From the NCBI GenBank assembly GCA_045545055.1, contig JAZQAB010000092.1, forward strand, positions 1-57,199: a DNA stretch of 57,199 nucleotides, read 5' to 3'. Below are positions 49,102 to 57,199 of this stretch, piece by piece. Under the pieces are notes generated by a model that was not told where the DNA came from, searched no databases, and saw nothing but the letters and a program-made list of their open reading frames with translations. How positions within the stretch are numbered: the stretch's first letter is position 1; each line of letters opens with the position of its first letter. The translations under genes and the position numbers were made by a program. This DNA comes from Clostridia bacterium (GTDB lineage: Bacteria; Bacillota; Clostridia; UMGS1883).

Positions 49102-51607
49102 AGTAGCTGAATTTACATAGCACTATATTCTTAATTCCAAAGGGCTTTGCTTCTTCCTTTGATGTGCGTAAAAGATTGAACGGAGTATTATAAATTGTAA
49201 TTTCGGCAACCACGCCACAGTCAAGATTGAACACCTCAAGCATAGGCGTTTCGCAGAAAAATGTGTGCGTGCGTTTGCCTATTTTTATTTTACAGATATC
49301 AAAGTCTCCCTCAACAGAAAGAATATTTCCCGATAAATCCCTATCGGGGAGCTTTACTGCGTAGGTAAGCCCTCCGTAGTAATATGCCATTCCCGACAAG
49401 GTTATGTCGTTTTGGTAGCTTTGAAGCCTTAATAGTGAATTTTCATTGCAGTCAAAATCACCGCACAGGTAAATCGGCTCAAAAGAGGTTATATTATACG
49501 AATAAAAATGTGACGGTGTAATGCTGGAAAAATCGGGAGTGTAGTTGTTGCTTTTTTTGTATTCAACGGCAAAGGTGTTCTTTCCGTCGGAAAGCAGGTC
49601 TGTTATATCCGTTCCCATAAATCGGGGATCCTTTTCGGAGGGGATAAGCTTATCAAGCCTTTTGCCGTTAAGCTCGGCAAATTCCAGATTGTCTGCGTTT
49701 TCAATGTATGCCGTAACCTGACCGATGTTCTTTTTATCTGCATTAAAAGGGTATTTAACCTTTACAGTTTCCCCGTCGGCAAGACGGTAAAATTCCTTGT
49801 GCAGATTATCTATACTGTTTTCGCGGTAGCTTTTCCGTCCGAAGCAGGCATTTACATTCTTCAGCGGAAGAACATTCTCCTCTGCCGCAGAAAGTGCAAA
49901 GGGAACATCGCACACCTTTTCATGAGGAGCAAATTCAATATCGTCCGTAAACGGTGGAGCAATGTCGGCTGAAAGCTTGTCGGAATAAATAAGTACAGCC
50001 GTTTTTCCCGACTTTATTTTGAAGCTGTATATATCATCTTTTACAGGAATTGAATATATTTCCCCGTTGGAAGCATCTGTGGCAAAAAGCTTCTTTTCAC
50101 CGCAGTGTGCAGTTATTTCTGAATCCTTTTTTGCAGTGATAAATATATACTCGTCACTATCGCTATACCTGCGGTTAATAGTTATCTCACTGTTTGCATG
50201 AAAACCTTCCAAGTGTTCCGGCTCATATTCATTTGCGGAAATTACATGCCCTGTAAAACCATCGGGAACACCAAAAGAGGAATCGCAGGAAATAATGGTG
50301 TTGTAACGGCATTTTCCGATAATCAAATCACCCTCTGAAATTATAGAGTGCTTCTTTATTAAGCTTTCCTCCATCATATGAAAACCTATGCCTTGCTTCA
50401 TAAGCTTTGCGGAAAGGTCGCCAAGAGTGTCCTCGTACAGCGGATTGTATACTGCAAGTATGCCTGTGTTTGAATTTGTGCCGGAGCTTAAAAAGGTGAG
50501 CCTTGAAAGCCTGTCCGATATATCTTTTTCCGTGAAATCGGACATGGTTACTGTATGCTTTTCATATTTTCTTCTGTCAGAAAGAGAGAAAGCCATGCTG
50601 TCGAAAATAATTCCGTCTGAGCCAAAGCCCGACAAAAAAGCCGCCTGATTGTACCTTTCGCAGCAGGGTGCGAAGGAGGGGAGCAGAAGCCTTATGTAAA
50701 AGGGCTTTTCAAATTGCTCGCTGATTGTCTGTGCGAGCTTGATTTGCAGAAAATCGGGGCTTTCGCTGTTAAATTTAATTGCAATACTATCTGCTTTGAT
50801 ATATTGTGCCTGACGGGAAATGTTTTTGTTTCCGTCTGCACTTACCGATAATTCAAGGTTGTTTTTACGGCATTTTTCGCTGATGATGCCTGTAAAATTG
50901 TCGGCAATTGCTTCTCCAAAAGCTTTATTGTATTCACTTTGGATATCTTTGTCCTTTTGTACCAGTTTTTCACAGAGATACTTTGTGTCGGAAATCCCGA
51001 TTCGTTTTTGCACGGTAGGTGAATAGAGTAAGATACCCTCAGGCAGATTTATTTGTGTCATAAATGCCTTGATTTCCATGCCGATAAACCTTTGGCATTG
51101 CTTCAGGTACTTATCGTATACAGCCTCAGCGAAACATTCTGTTACGAACGCATCTGTAATGTCGGCAATCGGCATACGGCAGGAGGCACGCATACGGCTC
51201 ATATCTCTGAGTACAATCGCACTATCCACACTTTCCTTTATTATTACGTCTGTTTTTTCAATATCTTTTTTGGAAACCTTCAAAATATCACGGATTCTGT
51301 AGTCGGGCACGCTTGTTATTTCACCGCCGCCGCTGCCGCTTGAAGGAGAGTTTTCGTCACATATTCCCAAAACAATGCCGTACTTTCCGCTTCTGCGTGC
51401 GGCTGTGCGGATAAGCTCAAAATAGTCCTCGGATAAATAGGGGAGCACCAGACCATTTGAGGGACGGATAAAGACACGTGCAATTCCCATTTGAGAAAGT
51501 CTTGAGAGCATCAAATCTATTTCTTCGGCTGTGGGCTTTGCACACCAGTCCCATATTACGGAGGGTGCAAATTCTGTGTATATATTTTTAAATTCACGGA
51601 TATCCAT
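49100..51607 (-). CDS. Divergent GH106-like (alpha-L-rhamnosidase-type) protein
   Basis: N-terminus P..IWDW...GL.LPYLSEDYF...DENSPSSGSGGG resembles clostridial GH106-like proteins. C-terminal beta-sandwich with ENVLPL, EPIYLCGDF, GMAYYYG. Confidence 0.55.
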   Translation of the reverse strand: MDIREFKNIYTEFAPSVIWDWCAKPTAEEIDLMLSRLSQMGIARVFIRPSNGLVLPYLSEDYFELIRTAARRSGKYGIVLGICDENSPSSGSGGGEITSVPDYRIRDILKVSKKDIEKTDVIIKESVDSAIVLRDMSRMRASCRMPIADITDAFVTECFAEAVYDKYLKQCQRFIGMEIKAFMTQINLPEGILLYSPTVQKRIGISDTKYLCEKLVQKDKDIQSEYNKAFGEAIADNFTGIISEKCRKNNLELSVSADGNKNISRQAQYIKADSIAIKFNSESPDFLQIKLAQTISEQFEKPFYIRLLLPSFAPCCERYNQAAFLSGFGSDGIIFDSMAFSLSDRRKYEKHTVTMSDFTEKDISDRLSRLTFLSSGTNSNTGILAVYNPLYEDTLGDLSAKLMKQGIGFHMMEESLIKKHSIISEGDLIIGKCRYNTIISCDSSFGVPDGFTGHVISANEYEPEHLEGFHANSEITINRRYSDSDEYIFITAKKDSEITAHCGEKKLFATDASNGEIYSIPVKDDIYSFKIKSGKTAVLIYSDKLSADIAPPFTDDIEFAPHEKVCDVPFALSAAEENVLPLKNVNACFGRKSYRENSIDNLHKEFYRLADGETVKVKYPFNADKKNIGQVTAYIENADNLEFAELNGKRLDKLIPSEKDPRFMGTDITDLLSDGKNTFAVEYKKSNNYTPDFSSITPSHFYSYNITSFEPIYLCGDFDCNENSLLRLQSYQNDITLSGMAYYYGGLTYAVKLPDRDLSGNILSVEGDFDICKIKIGKRTHTFFCETPMLEVFNLDCGVVAEITIYNTPFNLLRTSKEEAKPFGIKNIVLCKFSY

Positions 51608-51819
51608 AGTCTTACCTCATTTCACATCTATATTATTTTACAATATAATGAAAGAAAGGTCAACCAAAATATTTTCTCAAAAAACTTACAATAAGTGAAA
51701 AATACTATTGACATTATCCATTTTTTAAATTAAAATGTAATTGCGTAGATTTGGAGTGCACTTATTTCATGGGATAAGTGCACTCTTTTTATGAAAATAA
51801 TGTTTTGGAGGTAAAAGAA

Positions 51820-52932
51820 ATGGTAAAGACTAATGTAGTTGACTGGAAAACCATTACCGATTTCGTTATTGATGCTTTTGTCGGTTACGGAATCCCCAGA
51901 GAAGATGCCGAAATCTGTGCTGACGTTCTTCTCGAATCTGATAAGAGAGGTATTGAATCTCACGGTGTTAACCGTTTCAAGCCTGTCTATCTTGACAGAA
52001 TCAGAGATGGCATTCAAAACCCCGTTACCAATTTTGAGATTATCAAGGAAACACCTACAACTGCTGTTGTAGACGGTCACCATGGTATGGGTCAGGTAAT
52101 CGGTCATAAGGCTATGAGCATGGCTATTAAAAAGGCTAAGGAATACGGTATGGGTATGGTAGTTGTTCGTAACTCCTGCCATTACGGTATTGCAGGTTAC
52201 TATACATCTATGGCTGCAAAAGCAGGCTGCATCGGTATGACAGGCACAAATGCACGTCCTACTGTTGCTCCCACCTTTGGTGTAGAAGGTATGTTCGGTA
52301 CTAACCCGCTTACTTTGGGTGTTCCCACTGACGAGCCTTTTGACTTTAACTTTGACGCTGCAACTTCTACATATCAGAACGGTAAGCTTGAATATTATGC
52401 ACGTATCGGTAAGGATGCTCCCAAGGGTGCACTCGTTAATCCTCAGGGTGAAGCTTATGAGGGAACATCAGCAGATGCTCTTAAGGCTATGGCTCGCGGC
52501 GAAGCTGCTCTTTGTACCCTTGGCGGCCCCGGCGAAGAAGGCTGCGGTTATAAGGGTTACGGCTTTGCTATGTTCGTTGAACTTCTTTCAGCAGTTCTTC
52601 AGGACGGTGCTTACGGTAAGGCTCTTACAGGTAAAGATGCTGACGGAAACAAAGCTCACTACCAGCTTGGTCATTTCTTTATTGCTATTGATACAGATCA
52701 CTTCCTTGGTGAAGATGTCTGCAGAAAGAAAGCCGGAGATATTATCCGTGAAGTTCGTGCTTCAAGAAAGGCTCCCGATGCAGAACGTATTTACACAGCA
52801 GGCGAGAAGGAATACGAAATTCGCCTTGCACGTAAAGACGGTGTTCCGATTAACGAATCGGTTCAGAAAGAAATCATTGAAGTTCGTGACACACTCGGTC
52901 TCACGCAGTATAAATTTCCTTGGGAGGCGTAA
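51820..52932 (+). CDS. Ldh_2 family (malate/lactate) oxidoreductase
   Basis: RGIESHG, VDGHHGMG, RNSCHYG, FGTNPL, GYKGYG. GGAGG RBS. Confidence 0.9.
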   Translation: MVKTNVVDWKTITDFVIDAFVGYGIPREDAEICADVLLESDKRGIESHGVNRFKPVYLDRIRDGIQNPVTNFEIIKETPTTAVVDGHHGMGQVIGHKAMSMAIKKAKEYGMGMVVVRNSCHYGIAGYYTSMAAKAGCIGMTGTNARPTVAPTFGVEGMFGTNPLTLGVPTDEPFDFNFDAATSTYQNGKLEYYARIGKDAPKGALVNPQGEAYEGTSADALKAMARGEAALCTLGGPGEEGCGYKGYGFAMFVELLSAVLQDGAYGKALTGKDADGNKAHYQLGHFFIAIDTDHFLGEDVCRKKAGDIIREVRASRKAPDAERIYTAGEKEYEIRLARKDGVPINESVQKEIIEVRDTLGLTQYKFPWEA

Positions 52933-52934
52933 TT

Positions 52935-54107
52935 ATGGATATCAGACAGGAATCATTAAAAAAGCATTATGAATGGAACGGAAAAATAGAGGTTATTTCC
53001 CGTGCTCCTATCAACTCAAGAGAGGATCTTTCTCTTGCATACACCCCCGGTGTTGCAGAGCCCTGTCTTGAAATAAGCAAGGACGTTAATAAGTCCTACG
53101 AGCTTACAAGACGTTCAAATCTTGTTGCTGTTGTTACAGACGGTACTGCAATTCTCGGTCTCGGTGATATAGGCCCCGAAGCAGGTATGCCCGTAATGGA
53201 AGGAAAGTGTGCACTTTTCAAGGCATTTGCAGATGTTGATGCTTTCCCTCTTTGCATAAAGTCAAAAGACGTAGATGAAATTGTTCGTACAATCTACCTT
53301 CTTTCAGGAAGCTTCGGCGGGGTTAACCTTGAGGATATTTCCGCACCCCGTTGCTTTGAAATCGAGCAGAAGCTTAAAGAAATCTGCGATATTCCGATTT
53401 TCCATGATGACCAGCACGGAACAGCTATCGTTGTTGCGGCGGCTCTTATCAACGCACTTAAGCTTGTTAAGAAAGAAATCGGAGAAGTAAAGGTTGTTAT
53501 CAATGGTGCAGGAAGTGCAGGTATCGCTATAGGTAAGCACCTTATGAATATTGGTGTTAAGAATCTTACATTCTGCGACAGATTCGGTATCATCTGTGAG
53601 GGTGATGAGAACAATAACCCTGCACAGGAAGAAATTTCAAAGGTAACAAATCTTGAGCACAAGAAGGGTACGCTTGCAGACGCACTCAAGGGTGCAGATG
53701 TATTTATCGGCGTTTCAGCTCCCAATCTTGTAACTCCCGAAATGGTTAAGTCCATGGCATCTGACGCAATTATGTTCCCCATGGCAAACCCAACTCCCGA
53801 AATTATGCCTGATGTGGCAAAGGCCGCAGGTGCAAGAGTTGTGGGAACAGGACGTTCAGACTTCCCCAATCAGATTAATAACGTTCTTGCATTCCCCGGT
53901 ATATTCCGCGGTGCTCTTGATTGCAGAGCAAGCTGCATAAATGAGGAGATGAAGGTTGCAACATCATTTGCACTTGCTTCTCTTATTCCCGATGATGAAA
54001 TCACCGAGGATAACATTATTGCACCCGCTCTTGATAAGAGAGTCGCACAGGTTGTTGCCGAGGCAGTTGTAAAAACAGCTAAGGAAACAGGCGTAGCAAG
54101 AATCTGA
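52935..54107 (+). CDS. NAD(P)-dependent malic enzyme
   Basis: AYTPGVA, PVMEGK, NLEDI, HDDQHGTA, GAGSAG, MANP, NNVLAFPG. Confidence 0.95.
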   Translation: MDIRQESLKKHYEWNGKIEVISRAPINSREDLSLAYTPGVAEPCLEISKDVNKSYELTRRSNLVAVVTDGTAILGLGDIGPEAGMPVMEGKCALFKAFADVDAFPLCIKSKDVDEIVRTIYLLSGSFGGVNLEDISAPRCFEIEQKLKEICDIPIFHDDQHGTAIVVAAALINALKLVKKEIGEVKVVINGAGSAGIAIGKHLMNIGVKNLTFCDRFGIICEGDENNNPAQEEISKVTNLEHKKGTLADALKGADVFIGVSAPNLVTPEMVKSMASDAIMFPMANPTPEIMPDVAKAAGARVVGTGRSDFPNQINNVLAFPGIFRGALDCRASCINEEMKVATSFALASLIPDDEITEDNIIAPALDKRVAQVVAEAVVKTAKETGVARI

Positions 54108-54128
54108 CATTAAAGTATACATATAAAC

Positions 54129-54173
54129 ACAGAAAATGACAATTTTGCACAATGCACAGTTGTCATTTTCTGT
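54129..54173 (+). terminator. Terminator-like inverted repeat
   Basis: ACAGAAAATGACAA...TTGTCATTTTCTGT. Confidence 0.65.
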
Positions 54174-54309
54174 TTTGTATGATAGAATGAGTTCAGCAAA
54201 GTTGAATTCAGAGTTATAAATTCCTGACGGAATTTGCGAAGCAAATATATCGCACGAACGAAGTGAGTATGCCACCAAAACTGCTATAAGATGAAAGAGG
54301 TATTTGATT

Positions 54310-55431
54310 ATGAAAAGAATTGCATTTACAGGTGATATGGGGTTTTCCTCAAAATATTTCAGAGGGACTTACAATAATGAAAATCTCCTTGATGAAGAAT
54401 GTGTTAATTTTCTTAGCGATTCTGACTTTACTGTGGTAAATGTTGAGGGGTGTATGGGTAGCGGAACTTCTTCTGCTTCAAAACCGCTGGTACACGCAAA
54501 CCCACCGGAGTGTTTGCCGTTTTTGAAAAAGATTAATGGAAACATATGGACACTTGCCAATAATCATATTACCGATTGCGGAAGAGAAGGAGTAGAGAGT
54601 ACACTTAATTATGCGGCTGAAAACGGTGTGCAAACAGTGGGAATAGGGCTGAATATGACACAAGCAGAAAAGCCAATCATTATTAAAAATGACGGCTCAG
54701 ACATTGGCATTATTGCACTTACAGATGATCAGACAAAGCAAGCTGCTGAAAATAGCGAAGGCTGCGTTTTATGGGACAATAATAAAAAAATTTCACAAAT
54801 GATTGCCGATGTTAAAGCTAAATGTCGTTGGTGCGTTGTTATTGTTCACTCCGGTCCCGAATTTAATCAGCTTATGCCTCCTTCCGTGAGAAAGCAGTAT
54901 AAAAAATATTTAAAATTTGGAGCGGATATAGTTATCGGACATCATCCGCACGTTGTACAAAATTACGAAAAATTTGGTGATAAAATAATTTTTTATTCCC
55001 TCGGAAACTTTATTTTTGATACGGATTATCAAAGACTTCAAAAATATACTCAATACGGAATTTTAGTGAAATTTTATTTTGACAAAAATAAATTTACATG
55101 GGATTATAAGGCGATGGAAATTGACAGAAATACTCAAACTATTCATGCTTGTGAAGCCCCCGATATTTTCACCAATGTAACATCAGCTCAATATACACTG
55201 CTTTGGCCTTTGGCAATGAGAAATCTTTATAAAAATGAGCTTGTGAAATTCCCGTATCTTTATCCGAAGTATAAGGATTATTCTAAGTGGCAGTGGTTTA
55301 AATTTTACCTCAAACGCAGCAGAACATCTGCACGAAACAGAGGGATAATAAGCGGAAACTTAATGTATTGCCTGAATTTATGGAGATTTGGTGATAAAAA
55401 GCTGATTAATTACATTAAAGAGGGAAGATGA
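54310..55431 (+). CDS. CapA-family metallophosphoesterase
   Basis: FTGD, NVEG, LANNH, HSG, GHHPH, YSLGNF. Confidence 0.88.
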   Translation: MKRIAFTGDMGFSSKYFRGTYNNENLLDEECVNFLSDSDFTVVNVEGCMGSGTSSASKPLVHANPPECLPFLKKINGNIWTLANNHITDCGREGVESTLNYAAENGVQTVGIGLNMTQAEKPIIIKNDGSDIGIIALTDDQTKQAAENSEGCVLWDNNKKISQMIADVKAKCRWCVVIVHSGPEFNQLMPPSVRKQYKKYLKFGADIVIGHHPHVVQNYEKFGDKIIFYSLGNFIFDTDYQRLQKYTQYGILVKFYFDKNKFTWDYKAMEIDRNTQTIHACEAPDIFTNVTSAQYTLLWPLAMRNLYKNELVKFPYLYPKYKDYSKWQWFKFYLKRSRTSARNRGIISGNLMYCLNLWRFGDKKLINYIKEGR

Positions 55432-55471
55432 AATAAAGTGAGGCAGACTTATCAAACTTAAGGAGAGGCTT

Positions 55472-57199
55472 ATGACTAAACTTGAAATTTTAAGACAACA
55501 TATGAATAAGCACGGCATATCCGCAGTAGTTATTCCCACAGCGGATATGCATTTAAGTGAGTATATTTCCGACTGTTACAAACTGCGTGAATATATCAGC
55601 GGATTCACCGGCAGTGCCGGAACTTTGGTTGTTACCGATAAAAATGCAGGCTTGTGGACGGACGGCAGATATTATATCCAGGCAGAGAAGGAGCTTTCGG
55701 GAAGCGGTATTACTCTTTACAAGGCATCTGAAAATGAAACGGTTAAGATATACGAATTTCTGAAAGCAAGCCTTTCTGAAAATGATGTAATAGGTCTTGA
55801 CGGAAGATTGTTTTCCAAGAAATATCTTGATTCTTTTATTTCAAAGCTTGGAAATATTAAAGTCAATACAGATTATGACCCGTCTGTAATATGGGAAAAC
55901 CGTCCTCAAATACCAACGAAAAAAGCATTTTTGCTTGAAGAAAAATACAGCGGAGAAAATACTTTTTCAAAAATTGACCGTGTGCGTAAAATAATGCATG
56001 AAAATTTCTTTACCCACTATGTTGTAAGTGCCCCCGAATGTATAATGTGGCTTTTAAATATCAGGGGGAATGATGTAAAGGATACACCGGTAGTGCTCTC
56101 ATACCTTATGATTTCAGGGGGAAAAGTTACTCTCTACGTAAATGGAGAAAAGCTTACCCGTGAAGTGTCATCACACCTTGACGAGCATAATATAGAAGTG
56201 GCGGAGTATGAAAAAATATATGATGATTTACAAAAGCTTAGGGAAACTGACCTTACTGCGGTAGACTTTTCAATTACAAACTATTCGCTTGTAAATAAAA
56301 TTGCATCGCCCAAAAAAGATTTTAAGGATATTATATATAACCTTAAATGCATAAAAAACAGTGTAGAAATTGAAAATATCAAGAAAACCTACGTAAAGGA
56401 AAACATTGCACTGACAAAGGCTTTTTATGAAATTTATCACAGTGAAAATCTTGATGAATTTGATGTGGTTGAAATTATCGAAAAATATCGCAGGGAAAAC
56501 GAAGAATATTTTTCCCCATCCTTTGATACCATTGCCGCATACAGAGCAAATGCCGCAATGATGCACTATAGTCCCGAAAAAGAAAAATGCAGTGTGATAG
56601 AGAAAAATGGAATGCTTCTTATAGATACAGGCGGACAATATTTCGGAGGAACTACCGATACTACAAGAACGCTTGTGATGGGTGAGCTTACGGAAGAAGA
56701 AAAGGAAAGTCTGACTCTTGTTTTAAAAAGCCATATAGCCATTGCCTCTGCAGTGTTTCCCGAAGATACAAAATGCAGTGAAATAGACTGCCTGGCACGT
56801 ATGCCTTTGTGGAAAAGAGGACTTGACTACCGATGCTCGACAGGTCACGGTGTAGGTTATATGCTGGGCGTTCACGAAGGGCCGCAAAGGCTTAGCAGAG
56901 CATGTAATGAAAAGCTTATCTGCAAGATGACACTGACCGACGAGCCGGGAATATATGAGGAAAATGCTTACGGAATCAGAATTGAAAACCATTTATGCGT
57001 AAAGGAAGCATTTAAAACCGAGTACGGTCAGTTCCTTAAATTTGAGGTGCTGAATTACTGTCCCATAGGAACAGCGGACTTTTTGCCTTACCTTCTTACG
57101 AAAGAAGAAAAAATGTGGTTAAATGATTATAATGAAAAATGCAGGGAGATTATTTCACCTTACCTTAGTAAGGAGGAAAGAGAGTGGTTGATTATCTAT
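55472..57199 (+). CDS. Xaa-Pro aminopeptidase (aminopeptidase P, M24), 3' partial (not in ORF track)
   Basis: AAGGAGAGG RBS. PTADMHLSEY, SGFTGSAG, LWTDGRY, DTGGQY..GTTD, TGHGVG, VHEGP, TDEPG, GIRIEN. Open to the window end. Confidence 0.93.
   Translation, partial: MTKLEILRQHMNKHGISAVVIPTADMHLSEYISDCYKLREYISGFTGSAGTLVVTDKNAGLWTDGRYYIQAEKELSGSGITLYKASENETVKIYEFLKASLSENDVIGLDGRLFSKKYLDSFISKLGNIKVNTDYDPSVIWENRPQIPTKKAFLLEEKYSGENTFSKIDRVRKIMHENFFTHYVVSAPECIMWLLNIRGNDVKDTPVVLSYLMISGGKVTLYVNGEKLTREVSSHLDEHNIEVAEYEKIYDDLQKLRETDLTAVDFSITNYSLVNKIASPKKDFKDIIYNLKCIKNSVEIENIKKTYVKENIALTKAFYEIYHSENLDEFDVVEIIEKYRRENEEYFSPSFDTIAAYRANAAMMHYSPEKEKCSVIEKNGMLLIDTGGQYFGGTTDTTRTLVMGELTEEEKESLTLVLKSHIAIASAVFPEDTKCSEIDCLARMPLWKRGLDYRCSTGHGVGYMLGVHEGPQRLSRACNEKLICKMTLTDEPGIYEENAYGIRIENHLCVKEAFKTEYGQFLKFEVLNYCPIGTADFLPYLLTKEEKMWLNDYNEKCREIISPYLSKEEREWLIIY

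Overview
A 57 kb chromosomal segment from a low-GC Firmicute. Gene content and style suggest Clostridia (Oscillospirales/Monoglobales-like); that placement is inference. The backbone is mostly housekeeping: a yneA-like LysM gene, tagA-like glycosyltransferase, trmR/U32 tRNA-modification pair, ruvCAB, amidase, cdaA-cdaR, ftsEX with M23/S41/S11 peptidases, rubrerythrin, lon-engB, abrB, ACT/DUF711, ssrA-smpB-rnr-secG, pssA-psd, Ldh_2 plus malic enzyme, and aminopeptidase P. The most unusual signal is non-coding. At least five unrelated families of palindromic or hairpin repeats occur, and several bracket self-contained gene cassettes. (1) An integrase-free accessory block next to the tmRNA 3' end holds three co-oriented toxin-antitoxin modules. 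Each has a perfect TTGACA-17-TATAAT promoter and is bounded by GGGAC-loop hairpin repeats, an architecture resembling an integron cassette array. (2) A guanidine-IV riboswitch + PnuC-like transporter unit sits between direct repeats of a GCTAAAT-hairpin element. (3) A 272-bp MITE with a TA duplication and T-arm-like ends interrupts a gene remnant. (4) There is a cluster of five GTAG-type REPs. (5) A dispersed ~93-bp structured repeat occurs five times. Also notable: two apparent pseudo-enzymes (an S11 DD-carboxypeptidase without SxxK and a degenerate GH106-like protein), a brnT gene with a nonsense codon, an 8-Cys microprotein absent from the ORF track, and WalR-type boxes upstream of cell-wall hydrolase genes. 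All family assignments come from motif recognition by eye; no database search was run.
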